64,000 bases of DNA, taken from positions 1-64,000 of IMG/VR virus record IMGVR_UViG_3300018421_000015, one strand, 5' to 3'. Both the position numbers and the translations under genes were made by a program. Shown piece by piece: positions 18,183-28,064 of this stretch (positions are counted from its first letter, which is position 1; every line of letters begins with the position of its first letter). Below the pieces are notes generated by a model. It worked only from the letters and a program-made list of their open reading frames with translations. It made no database searches and was not told where the DNA came from. This DNA is from a virus.

Positions 18183-18261
18183 GGGAGAAGGTGCGGCGCT
18201 GGTTGCTGCAGCGTGTCTTATAAACACGTGGTCATGGGTTCAATTCCCATTTCTCCTACCA
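18183..18261 (+). tRNA. atypical tRNA-Ile(UAU)
   Basis: acceptor GGGAGAA/TTCTCCT + ACCA; anticodon arm CGTGT-CTTATAA-ACACG; T arm ATGGG-TTCAATT-CCCAT; G at position 8. Confidence 0.8.
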
Positions 18262-18349
18262 GTCAATGGGGGTAGAATGCACACTTTCATACACATATTA
18301 ATTCCAGTAATTGGTTCTTTAATAATTATTTACCTGAAAGCGAGATAAC

Positions 18350-18634
18350 ATGAATCTTCTAGAATATTTCGATGAAGAGTATTCTAAAGTTCAAAAATCT
18401 CATGGATCAATAACAGCTGCAATTCTACAAGCTAATGACATAGCTAAATCTTTAACAATTGCATACAAAAAACTTTCAGATATTAAACCAGATTTACACT
18501 CTATATCTGAAATAGAATCTGATAAGTTAGAAGAATTGCTTTCATCAATGAATAATTTTATTCGTGATTGTAAGAATTTTGCTGATGATATAGATATAGC
18601 TATCAAAGCAACTGAAGATATAAGGAGCCTTTAA
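18350..18634 (+). CDS. hypothetical helical protein
   Basis: 94 aa, coupled to whiB. Confidence 0.55.
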   Translation: MNLLEYFDEEYSKVQKSHGSITAAILQANDIAKSLTIAYKKLSDIKPDLHSISEIESDKLEELLSSMNNFIRDCKNFADDIDIAIKATEDIRSL

Positions 18635-18993
18635 TGGACGAGACGCAATGGCGATCTTTTGCCTCCTGTAAAAATCTTGATACCTCTCTATTCTTTCCTA
18701 TTTCTATAGGTAAATATAATAAATCTGAAATCAATCAACTTCTTGATCTTTGTGATTCTTGTCCTGTTGCAGCTAATTGCTTACATGAAGCTATATCTAC
18801 TCAATCTATTGGAATATGGGCACGCACTACTAACGTTCAAAGAGAAGCTTTCTTGAAGGCTAGAGATTCCTCTAAACCCTTAACGCTAGAAGAGTGTCAG
18901 TCTTACTATGAATTTTTGAAAGATAATAAAGTTTATCCTTATACTCGGAAACACAAATTTTATACTCATAAATTTGTAGATACAAACGAGTGA
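18634..18993 (+). CDS. whiB: WhiB family Fe-S transcription factor
   Basis: W...ASC..D..LFFP...CDSCPV...CL..A.....GIWA. Confidence 0.9.
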   Translation: MDETQWRSFASCKNLDTSLFFPISIGKYNKSEINQLLDLCDSCPVAANCLHEAISTQSIGIWARTTNVQREAFLKARDSSKPLTLEECQSYYEFLKDNKVYPYTRKHKFYTHKFVDTNE

Positions 18994-19020
18994 TAAAATT
19001 ATTTTACATGAAAGGAAATC

Positions 19021-19728
19021 ATGTCCTTTGACAATGATGACGATTTGTTTGATTATGAACCAGAAGAAGATTCGCCATCAAATATTTCCATACAAAACGA
19101 ACCCAATAATCTTTCTCAAACTGAACAAGAGTTTGTTGATTCAATAAAGTCCGCTGAAAATTCTGTTGGATCTCTTAACGGTGTTGAAGCTCGTCTTGCA
19201 ATAGCGTACATTAATTCTGCTAGCGCTTTTATCTCTAAAGAAGCAGGTCCTTCGGGTCACGCTTATGCTATAAGATATGTTTTAGATGAATTGACTGATG
19301 GTAGGTTTTCTCTTTTAGAATTGTTTAAATCTACTGAAGCAAAGATTATTCGTCTTATGGCATATATTAGTTTGTCTGAGTCTATCTTTGGCAATGACGG
19401 CACTGAATTTAAAGAAGCTCTTAATGAGCTTTTTGGCGTCAATGTTGGAGATCTTCACGTTAGATCTACTTATTATACCCACCTCGCTGTATCTCGACAT
19501 TCCCTTATTATCAATAGGGCTATATATTCTCAGTTATCTGAAAAGCTTGATATGCCCTGTGAGCCATCTTTATTTGATGACCAGTTTGATGTCGATAAAC
19601 TAAAGATTACTTATTCTCATCTTGTTGATAATATTCATTCTAATATTATTTCTGAATTAGCCACAGAAGGTTTATCTACCAAAGTTTCGGAGGCTTTTGG
19701 GCAAGATGTACAACTATATAAAAAATAA
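19021..19728 (+). CDS. hypothetical protein
   Basis: 235 aa, SD GAAAGGAA. Confidence 0.7.
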   Translation: MSFDNDDDLFDYEPEEDSPSNISIQNEPNNLSQTEQEFVDSIKSAENSVGSLNGVEARLAIAYINSASAFISKEAGPSGHAYAIRYVLDELTDGRFSLLELFKSTEAKIIRLMAYISLSESIFGNDGTEFKEALNELFGVNVGDLHVRSTYYTHLAVSRHSLIINRAIYSQLSEKLDMPCEPSLFDDQFDVDKLKITYSHLVDNIHSNIISELATEGLSTKVSEAFGQDVQLYKK

Positions 19729-20173
19729 GTTTAAACAACTTCCAGATGGATTTTACACAGCCGCTACCATTGTAGCTGCTGCCCAGATAAACTATGCTAT
19801 TGTACATAGTTCATTTGTTTATGTAGTTCTTTTAATAATGTTAGCCCATGAATTAGCTCACTACTTCATAGGAAAATATTATAAAGGAAAAGCTAAGTTA
19901 CCTTTCTTTATACCAATACCATTTTTTATTATTGGTATAACTAGAGTTTCTAAACTTAGCCCTTTTGGTAAGAAAAATACAGCTTTAGCTGGTCCTTTAG
20001 TTGGATTACTAAGCGCTGTTCTTATAATGCTCTATAATTATATTAATACATTTATGTCATTTGTACCTCTATTTGTTCTTGCTATTAGTGAAATAATTAC
20101 CAATTACTTTGGTAGTGATGGAGCTAAATATAAGCAGGCCAAAAAGGAAATGAAAGCATGTATTTCATATTAA
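19706..20173 (+). CDS. site-2 protease (M50) family membrane metalloprotease
   Basis: HELAH in a TM helix, ALAGP, SDG. Confidence 0.75.
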   Translation: MYNYIKNKFKQLPDGFYTAATIVAAAQINYAIVHSSFVYVVLLIMLAHELAHYFIGKYYKGKAKLPFFIPIPFFIIGITRVSKLSPFGKKNTALAGPLVGLLSAVLIMLYNYINTFMSFVPLFVLAISEIITNYFGSDGAKYKQAKKEMKACISY

Positions 20174-20302
20174 TTCCCTTTGTTGCAGCTGGACTTGCAG
20201 CTAAAATAAAAAATAATAAATACAAAAATAAACTCATCTCTCCTATATTAGAATTAGATAATATTACACGGCACGGCATCCTTAATAGGGGGAATACACA
20301 AA

Positions 20303-20578
20303 ATGTCTTTCATAAAAGACAAAGCTCAGAAGAAAAAGGTTTTATCGAACAAGATTGACGCATTATTTGAAGATTGTTACTTTGATGTACAAGGTATTAA
20401 TCCCAATCTTCCTAATCTTGATGAAGCCTATCTTGCCAGGCTGCTTACAAAATTAGCAGTCGGTTCAGCAACTGTCTGGTGGTCTTTGATTGAAATCAGA
20501 GATTTCATGAAAATAAGATCATCAGCCATGAAGATAAGGACTTCAAAGTATGACGTATCCAGAACAGATCCCTTCTAA
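20303..20578 (+). CDS. hypothetical protein
   Basis: 91 aa tandem ORF. Confidence 0.5.
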   Translation: MSFIKDKAQKKKVLSNKIDALFEDCYFDVQGINPNLPNLDEAYLARLLTKLAVGSATVWWSLIEIRDFMKIRSSAMKIRTSKYDVSRTDPF

Positions 20579-20942
20579 TAATACTGTAAATTCATTCAAC
20601 TTTTCTTTTTCGAGAGTTAACAAAAATCACAAAACTCTTGAAAATGAACTGAATGAAGTTACTGAAAGAATTATTAAAATAATCGATTCTGATAAATTTC
20701 ATATCAACGGCTTTCCAGTTCTAAGAAACATATATGCCCTAGGACCTTCTAGAGCTGATCTTAAAAAACTTTCTAAAGCTTGCGACCGTTTGGCAGATCT
20801 TGTTCAAGTTGTATCTGATCTTCAGTCAAAAATGACTGTTGTAGAAATGGCTCAAAACAATCCCAATTGGCTTGCTTTTGCCTTTGGTGATTTTCAAGAT
20901 GAAATCGATAAAGATATACAATCTCTATTTTCAGAAGATTAA
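20550..20942 (+). CDS. hypothetical protein
   Basis: 130 aa tandem ORF. Confidence 0.55.
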   Translation: MTYPEQIPSNNTVNSFNFSFSRVNKNHKTLENELNEVTERIIKIIDSDKFHINGFPVLRNIYALGPSRADLKKLSKACDRLADLVQVVSDLQSKMTVVEMAQNNPNWLAFAFGDFQDEIDKDIQSLFSED

Positions 20943-20951
20943 TAGGTAAAA

Positions 20952-22991
20952 ATGTCACAAGTAGATTACTCATTTGTAAAGAACTCGGAAGGTTTATTTA
21001 CCTTTCGTTCTACGGTAAATTCTTTTGGTATAGAAAATATAACAGAGAAAGATATTAATTCTTTTTATGTTAACTTTTCTAACTCAGCTCTTTTAGATAC
21101 TGGCCTTCTTCCAGTTGATGGTACAGGGATGCTTGCTTACCGTAAGGCTGATAATCATGAACAAATTGTTTATCAAATTAAGCCTGGAAAATATTATATC
21201 AACTGGGGAGCTCACGAAGGCGATTCTTCGGCTCGCACCTATTATGTAGCTCAACCATACAGAATTGTTATCGCAGATCTTCTTAATCAAAATCTACTTG
21301 GTGCTAGAACATTTTACAGCCCTTATCCTATTACCTCTCCTTCTTCTCAGCTTTACCATGTTAATCTTCCTAATATTAACTGTAAAGGTTACAGAGGTAA
21401 TGGTGTAGGCTGGATTTGTTTATATCACACTCACGATATCTCCAATCTTCCCTTTAACGAGAGACTTTCTCACATTCTTCAGAGATGTTCTGGCGTAGAA
21501 ACTTATAACGACGCCAATATGTCTGAAACTGATGGTCCTCGTTTTTATGCTGCTCATTACAATAATGATACAGAATATTCTCATCTTTGGGATCCACAGT
21601 CTTGGGAAGACTATACCGATTCTAACGGCTATGAGTGGACTTTAAATCCAGATCTTTGGATACCAGTTCTTGTTACCGACTTAGATACTCAGGATCGTCA
21701 CGATCCACAGGGCATGCCTCTGGACATTCAAACGGCCTTGCTCGGTAACTATCAGGCTTATTACACTGATACCCTAATTCCTAAGCCTGTAAATTCTATA
21801 GTTCGACATCAAATTGATTATCCAGTTGAGAAAATTCTGTCCATGTTTGTAAAAGCATATGCTAGTTCTGCTAGTGTTGGACATCATACATCTCAAGATG
21901 TTTTTTCTCAAACTCTTGAAAACAGAGAAAATCTTACTCTACAAAATTCTAATTCAGACTCTGAAGGTCTCAAGAATTGCAAGTACTGTAATCTTGAAAT
22001 AGATCCAGATATAGAATCTTGTTACAATATTCCTGATCAACCTGATCAAATAGCCTGCGATAGTTGTTGGCACGAAAACTATATACTTATTGAACCTGCA
22101 GGAGATTATTTTCCAATAGAAGATCCAAACATTTTCTATGATCAGTATATTGAAGAATGGATCCATCAACATTATATCGATGAAAACTTCAAAAAAGTAG
22201 AATGCACAAGTTGCAGTAGTGCTTACGTTGTTGCAGATCTTCCTCTTTATGAAGACTCTCGTTTCTACTTTCCTCTTACAGAAGACCTTTCTCCAATTTG
22301 CTACTCTTGCATTCCTAGTAACAGTAACCAGGATACTAAATGCAGTGTTTGTTCAACTGTTGTTCCTGACCCAACCAAATATTCTGTAAATTCGTATTCT
22401 GGCCACTATTTTTGCAATGGATGCTGGATAGTTGCTCCGCCCATAATTAAGAATTCTGAGTCTCATGAACTTCTTAAATGTGCTTGTGGTGAAGAATATT
22501 CTTTTGATGAAATGCAACTATATAAGAATGAACATTTTAACTTTAATTCTTATCCTAGTTCTTTCAATAAAACCCAAACGCATATCTTTAGTCAAGATGA
22601 TGGTTATATCATACCTTCTGGTATGGAACCAGATCCTGATGAAGAAGATCCTGATTCTGTAAGCTACTCAGTTATGTATAAAGAAGAAGAACTGTTTGAT
22701 AAAATAGTTCAATCTTTCTTTTTAGATTTACCTAATGGAAACTTTTCTTACCATTCAATTTTAGTAAAAACTTTATTCCTTTGTTCCAATTGCAGTGATC
22801 ATATTGATGACATTGTAAACAAGCATAAGGCAAAAGATCCCTCTTCTGCTTGGTATCCTCCTCCTATCAGCACATATCTTTTCTTCAAAACTTATTCAGA
22901 AGTTTTTGATTACGATAAAGATAAATTCATTTCATACTTAGCTAATTCTAATATTAGCTTTTCTTTTACCTATGGAATAAGTCCATTTTGA
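20952..22991 (+). CDS. prokaryotic E2-like (Prok-E2_D type) protein with C-terminal Zn ribbons
   Basis: QPYRIV...LYHVNLPNI...GWIC putative catalytic Cys; about seven CxxC pairs downstream; next to JAB/E1/Ubl. Confidence 0.65.
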   Translation: MSQVDYSFVKNSEGLFTFRSTVNSFGIENITEKDINSFYVNFSNSALLDTGLLPVDGTGMLAYRKADNHEQIVYQIKPGKYYINWGAHEGDSSARTYYVAQPYRIVIADLLNQNLLGARTFYSPYPITSPSSQLYHVNLPNINCKGYRGNGVGWICLYHTHDISNLPFNERLSHILQRCSGVETYNDANMSETDGPRFYAAHYNNDTEYSHLWDPQSWEDYTDSNGYEWTLNPDLWIPVLVTDLDTQDRHDPQGMPLDIQTALLGNYQAYYTDTLIPKPVNSIVRHQIDYPVEKILSMFVKAYASSASVGHHTSQDVFSQTLENRENLTLQNSNSDSEGLKNCKYCNLEIDPDIESCYNIPDQPDQIACDSCWHENYILIEPAGDYFPIEDPNIFYDQYIEEWIHQHYIDENFKKVECTSCSSAYVVADLPLYEDSRFYFPLTEDLSPICYSCIPSNSNQDTKCSVCSTVVPDPTKYSVNSYSGHYFCNGCWIVAPPIIKNSESHELLKCACGEEYSFDEMQLYKNEHFNFNSYPSSFNKTQTHIFSQDDGYIIPSGMEPDPDEEDPDSVSYSVMYKEEELFDKIVQSFFLDLPNGNFSYHSILVKTLFLCSNCSDHIDDIVNKHKAKDPSSAWYPPPISTYLFFKTYSEVFDYDKDKFISYLANSNISFSFTYGISPF

Positions 22992-23037
22992 GCATTCAGA
23001 AACAAGGATCTAATACACTAAATATTATAGGAGTATA

Positions 23038-24744
23038 ATGTCAACTACAGCCACACAAGAGATCACTCTTGACGATCTCAATCACTTCTGGACTGCCGAA
23101 GGACTTCCTGTCTTTTATGCAGACAGAGATGATATTTGCGATATTGTTGAGGGCATGGGATTTAGTATATACTACCTTCTTGCCGATTATCAAAAGAAGG
23201 TAAATCCCCCTGCTAACAACAATAAGCATACCAACAACGGTAAGCCGCAAACCCCACCTGCGCCAACCTACACCCATGAAACGCAATGGTTCAAAGTTGT
23301 TAATAACTTTGTTGGCAGAAGTGTTTCCAAATGTGCTCCTTCTCTTCCTGATAATTTTATTTCTGTTGAAGAATTAGCCCATTACAAAATGCCTGCCATT
23401 CCTCATGTTATTGTTGACAAGCTTGATCAGTTTTTCCGTCTTGTTGACGCTCAGCATGGTACTGAGTCAATTGTAATGCTAACATATGACATTACTAAAG
23501 AGGGCCCTGAAGGCTGGGGTATTCTTGTTCCAGATCAAGAGAACACAGCAGCTCACTGCAATTATGATCCTCACAGTATTGCAGAGATGAAGCCCGATGA
23601 TGTAATGATTGTTGGCTCTGTCCACAGTCATCCTCATATGGCAGCTTACGCATCTGGCACAGATCATGCTGATCAAGCTGACTTTGATGGTATTCACATT
23701 ACTTATGGTTGGCAGAAAAGTGTAAATAACGGAGCTACCCAGTATCACATAGAACTTCAAATGGCTGGTCAAGCTTATACACTTAAGCCTGAAGATGTTT
23801 TTGAAGATTTTGTGATACAAAAAGAGCCCGATCCTGACGTTGTTGAGTGGAGTTCTAAAGTAAAAAAAGAACTCCCCCTGCCAACAAAGGCGGGGGTCTA
23901 CACACCACAGGATCTGTCCGCCCCGCAAATTCTTCTGCAAGCTCCTATCAGTCTTGGTACGGGCCTACCAAAAGCTAACGATTATCAAGACCTTCCTTGG
24001 GTCAAGCACTTGAATAATATTTATTCAAGTTGTGATGTACCTGAAGGTTCTATACTGATTGCAGAAGTCGATGCACAAACTACTCAAAGCCAGTATTGTC
24101 CCTCTTGTGACACTTATCTTGACTACTATTGTATTTACGATGGTTTCTGTGACACTTGTTTTATTCCCATATCTGCTAAAGGTACGTCAAGACAAGAAGT
24201 AATGCAGCTTGCCAACATGTACGCTAAAAGCGTCAACATGTCTAATGACGTACCTGTGTATCTTGTTGGTTATGATTCTTATGAATCTGGTCGCCAGCTT
24301 TTTGTTATGGCTATTTGCGAAACAAGTCTTTTGTCTGAAATTCCTTCTTCAACTTCTTCTACCGATGAAGTTGACGAACAAGATCACGCAAATAGTTTTG
24401 ATCCTGACTATCTTATTTGCTGTGGTGTCCACAAAGACGACTACGCATCGTGTTATTGCGATCATCAAATAACATACAATGATTATCTCGATTATGAAGC
24501 TCTTATCCAAACTGAAGATCAGAGCATTTATCTAGATAAAAACGTAAACTGCATTGGATGTGAACACTATTACTCTCCTGTTTGCAGCCAAATGCGTAGC
24601 CTACTTGTTGACTGGATCAAAGATCCCAAGAGCCATGTAGAGTTAATAGTCTCTGGTACAGTCAATAAGATAGATGGTCGTGGCTGTGAACAATTTGAAC
24701 AGTATTACGTACCACTAGATGAAAGTAGTTATTATTATGAGTAA
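23038..24744 (+). CDS. JAB/MPN+ deubiquitinase-like peptidase with Cys-rich C-terminus
   Basis: E...GSVHSHP..AYASGTD..D JAMM motif; CxxC pairs. Confidence 0.85.
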   Translation: MSTTATQEITLDDLNHFWTAEGLPVFYADRDDICDIVEGMGFSIYYLLADYQKKVNPPANNNKHTNNGKPQTPPAPTYTHETQWFKVVNNFVGRSVSKCAPSLPDNFISVEELAHYKMPAIPHVIVDKLDQFFRLVDAQHGTESIVMLTYDITKEGPEGWGILVPDQENTAAHCNYDPHSIAEMKPDDVMIVGSVHSHPHMAAYASGTDHADQADFDGIHITYGWQKSVNNGATQYHIELQMAGQAYTLKPEDVFEDFVIQKEPDPDVVEWSSKVKKELPLPTKAGVYTPQDLSAPQILLQAPISLGTGLPKANDYQDLPWVKHLNNIYSSCDVPEGSILIAEVDAQTTQSQYCPSCDTYLDYYCIYDGFCDTCFIPISAKGTSRQEVMQLANMYAKSVNMSNDVPVYLVGYDSYESGRQLFVMAICETSLLSEIPSSTSSTDEVDEQDHANSFDPDYLICCGVHKDDYASCYCDHQITYNDYLDYEALIQTEDQSIYLDKNVNCIGCEHYYSPVCSQMRSLLVDWIKDPKSHVELIVSGTVNKIDGRGCEQFEQYYVPLDESSYYYE

Positions 24745-25489
24745 ACGATTTGTAGTTGTAGGCGCTGGCGGTGTTGGTACCTGGCTATGCGCTGGTCTAG
24801 TACGCTTACTTGAGTGGAAGTATCCAGGCTCTGCTCTTATTATTGTAGATGGAGATACTTATGAAGAAAAGAATAAAGAGCGTCAAGACTTTACTAAAAT
24901 TGGAAACAAAGCCGTTGTCAAAGCAGCGGAACTCACTCCGCAATTCCCTAACACAACCATTATACCTGTGCCAAAGTGGGTGGTCGGAGACGACTTTAGT
25001 GGCGTCGCAGACGAAGATTCACCAAAGATAAAGGCCACTGATCTTATCCATGAAAACGACGTTGTTTTTGCGGTTGTTGATAACTTTGCTGCTCGTGCTA
25101 TACTTTTTGATGCCGCAAGGAAGCTCAATAACATTGACGTTTTTACAGGCGGTAATGATGATGAATTGTTTGGTTCTATTTATCATTATCAAAAGCGTGA
25201 TGGATTAGAAATCACTTGTCATCCAGAAGAGTTCCATCCTGAATATCTTAACCCACCAGATAAGAATCCAGGTGAACTCTCTTGTCAAGAACGATCAGAA
25301 ATAGAAGGTGGCACTCAGCTACTAGCTACTAACATGGCGGTAGCTGCCTTCATTCTTGGTCGTGTACAAAAAACAATAGTGTCAAATCAAAACCCTGATG
25401 AGACAGAGGTCTTCTTTGATCTCGGTCTTGGTAAGGCGGAGCCTTTCAATAGGACTCATGCTCATCTTAATGAACCATCATTAGTATAA
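24737..25489 (+). CDS. ThiF/E1-like ubiquitin-activating enzyme
   Basis: GAGGVG, VDGD....N..RQ, GNKA, VDNFAAR, SC putative catalytic Cys. Confidence 0.9.
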   Translation: MSKRFVVVGAGGVGTWLCAGLVRLLEWKYPGSALIIVDGDTYEEKNKERQDFTKIGNKAVVKAAELTPQFPNTTIIPVPKWVVGDDFSGVADEDSPKIKATDLIHENDVVFAVVDNFAARAILFDAARKLNNIDVFTGGNDDELFGSIYHYQKRDGLEITCHPEEFHPEYLNPPDKNPGELSCQERSEIEGGTQLLATNMAVAAFILGRVQKTIVSNQNPDETEVFFDLGLGKAEPFNRTHAHLNEPSLV

Positions 25490-25501
25490 TAGGAGAATAC
25501 A

Positions 25502-25753
25502 GTGGAAGCTACAAGCAACAATTCACAGCCCACCCCTGCAACTGGTATGGCGAATCTTCGCTATGGCGTTTACAATCAGCCAAGCAACATCGCTGGTAAA
25601 ACTGTCAAGGAAGTTCGTGATCAGTTCAGCAAGATTTGGGGTATCCCATCTGATGCTGTCGCATACTGCGGCAAGGAAAAGATGGATGAGAACGCCACAA
25701 TCGAGCCTGGTCAGAACATCGAGTTCCATCGCCGTGCTGGCGAGAAGGGCTGA
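25502..25753 (+). CDS. ubiquitin-like beta-grasp protein
   Basis: 83 aa, GKTVKEVR...IP..A......E..IEPGQNIEFHRRAGEKG with C-terminal Gly; directly after E1; SD AGGAG. Confidence 0.8.
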   Translation: MEATSNNSQPTPATGMANLRYGVYNQPSNIAGKTVKEVRDQFSKIWGIPSDAVAYCGKEKMDENATIEPGQNIEFHRRAGEKG

Positions 25754-25773
25754 GATTTCCTCCAACAGGGAAT

Positions 25774-25809
25774 TTAGGGGGGAGTAGGCTAATACCTGCT
25801 CCCCCCTAA
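25774..25809 (+). terminator. hairpin after the Ubl gene
   Basis: TTAGGGGGGAGTAGG/CCTGCTCCCCCCTAA inverted repeat. Confidence 0.6.
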
Positions 25810-25846
25810 CTAAACTCAAACCCAGATTATTAGATTGGTTATTATT

Positions 25847-27430
25847 ATGATTAACAAAATTAAGCTGGGACTACCGAATCTCTGGTTGCAAGATCCAGAT
25901 TTTATTCGCTCAATCGATATAATAGTTTCGGCGGTTCCTGACCGAAACTATTATTACATCGATAGCATTAAAGGCTTCTGTAAATATGTAGACAATGAGT
26001 GGAAGCCAGTACTCGTACAAAATCCTCGCTCTGACGAAGAAGGCGAAAGCGATTACATAACCACTGACCATCCAGAACTTGCTAACGATTACCTGGATAA
26101 TTCCGATGAGCTCAATGTAACTGTCTTCAAGTTTATTGCCGGTGTCGATGCCGAAAGACTTCAGTACAGAATACCTATGCTGTACGATGCCCTTTCTAGG
26201 TATCGCCAAGCATTTTGGTCAGATTCTAAAACCGATCTTCCTCAACAAGTTATTTACATTAGTCCCCAAGAATGTCCAGAACCTCTAACGCCCTGCTTTG
26301 AAGTTCTGGAAAGTGTTTATCCTAACCTGTCAGAACTTGCAACAGTTCTTACACACATTAAAGACCGTGCTCCTAATTCTTTTGATGAAAACAATATCAA
26401 AGAAATTGCTCGCGCAGGTCTAGGCTTTAGTGAAACCGAATTCATATTTGCATGCCTTAATGTCATCAGCGAAGAAAAAACTTTGACCGCTAAGCATGTT
26501 AATGATATTAAAATGTCTAATATTAAGTCTCGTGGTATTCTTGAAATTATCAACCCCAATATAACCTTCGACAACATTGGTGGTCTTGATAATATTAAAG
26601 ATATCATTAGGCGCACTTCAGTTCTTCGCCAAAACCCTCAGCTTTCTGAGGACTACGGCATAACTCCTATCAGAAGAATGCTTATGGTTGGTGTTCCTGG
26701 TACTGGTAAATCAGCAATCTGTCAGGCAACTGCTGCTGAGCTTAATCTTGATCTTGCTCGTACTGGTATTGCACAAGTTATGAACAAGTATATTGGCCAG
26801 TCAGAAGCCAACATGCGCGCTGTATTTCAGCAGATCAAACTCATGAATCCTTTATGCGTTTGGATTGACGAGTTTGGCCGTGATCTTTCAGGTAGTGGAG
26901 ACGGTGCCGACAGTGGCACCACTGACCGTGTTCATGGTGAGTTCTTAACAGGTCTTCAAGAACTTCCTGAAGAATCATTCCTTTTGTGCGCAGCTAATGA
27001 GCTTCATTCTCTTAAGCCAGAAATGTTACGCGCAGACCGATTTGACAAGATATTCTTTGTCGGTCTGCCATCACATTCCGAGCGTAGCCATATCTTTAAG
27101 ATTCATCTTAGCTCAATCAAAAACCAAGAGTATGATTATGACGCGCTTGCTGAATCTTCTGCCTTTATGACCGGTGCAGAGATAGTTTCTCTTATCAAAG
27201 AAACTAAGTTCTATGTTGTTTCTGAACATGCTCGTCCAATCAATACCAACGATATTCTCCAACGCATTCCTACCATCCGTAATACTATCTGGCGTAAGCA
27301 TCCCGATACTGTTAAAAGCATGTATCAATATGCTCTTGAACAGTGGGATTGGGCCTCGACAGAACAGATGGAAGATGCTAAGATAATTCTTGGTAGAAAT
27401 AAGTCTTCAACTAAACTATCATTTGCGTGA
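25847..27430 (+). CDS. AAA+ ATPase (Ycf46/CDC48-like)
   Basis: FDNIGGL, Walker A GVPGTGKS, Walker B WIDEF, SRH PEMLRADRFD. Confidence 0.9.
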   Translation: MINKIKLGLPNLWLQDPDFIRSIDIIVSAVPDRNYYYIDSIKGFCKYVDNEWKPVLVQNPRSDEEGESDYITTDHPELANDYLDNSDELNVTVFKFIAGVDAERLQYRIPMLYDALSRYRQAFWSDSKTDLPQQVIYISPQECPEPLTPCFEVLESVYPNLSELATVLTHIKDRAPNSFDENNIKEIARAGLGFSETEFIFACLNVISEEKTLTAKHVNDIKMSNIKSRGILEIINPNITFDNIGGLDNIKDIIRRTSVLRQNPQLSEDYGITPIRRMLMVGVPGTGKSAICQATAAELNLDLARTGIAQVMNKYIGQSEANMRAVFQQIKLMNPLCVWIDEFGRDLSGSGDGADSGTTDRVHGEFLTGLQELPEESFLLCAANELHSLKPEMLRADRFDKIFFVGLPSHSERSHIFKIHLSSIKNQEYDYDALAESSAFMTGAEIVSLIKETKFYVVSEHARPINTNDILQRIPTIRNTIWRKHPDTVKSMYQYALEQWDWASTEQMEDAKIILGRNKSSTKLSFA

Positions 27431-27437
27431 GGTGAGC

Positions 27438-28064
27438 ATGTCAGAAATATTAGATAACATTGACGATTTTATGAGTTCTTTAGATGAAGACTCAGTTCCC
27501 GTCAATAAAGATACCAAAGAATATCAAAGCGATCTTTATAAGAAGTGGTTTAGATCTAAATCTCAATCTGGATTCTTAGCTATTCGTCCTTGGTACGAAG
27601 CGCTAAAATTCAAAATTGATATTGGTAAAACTTCTTCTGATGGAAAACTTCTTAGCAGCACAAATGTTTTTGTTGATGCAATCGATTTCGGTGCCTACCT
27701 AAAGAGCATTGTTAGCGGCACCGCACAGAACAACTATCCTGCAAATGCTAAGATGGGTGTTCCAACTCCTGAAGGTTTTGTATCTTACGGAGGTGCCGTT
27801 GTAGATAACAAACCTGTCTCTAGAATATTTAAGGCGCATCACTGGCAATCAAACGATGAATATGATCCTAATTCATTCGTTTGGAAATGTGGTCATTTTG
27901 CTGCTCGCAAGTCTGACTCTGGCGCCTTTATTCCAGACATGAAGCAGCTTATATCAGCTGACATGATCAAGGTTACTCGTCAAGATGTTTGCTCAATATC
28001 GTACATTGTCGATATGGCAATATCATCTTACGTTGCTAACAATACGGATTGGTACGAAAAATGA
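27438..28064 (+). CDS. hypothetical protein
   Basis: SD GAGGTGA, 208 aa. Confidence 0.65.
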   Translation: MSEILDNIDDFMSSLDEDSVPVNKDTKEYQSDLYKKWFRSKSQSGFLAIRPWYEALKFKIDIGKTSSDGKLLSSTNVFVDAIDFGAYLKSIVSGTAQNNYPANAKMGVPTPEGFVSYGGAVVDNKPVSRIFKAHHWQSNDEYDPNSFVWKCGHFAARKSDSGAFIPDMKQLISADMIKVTRQDVCSISYIVDMAISSYVANNTDWYEK

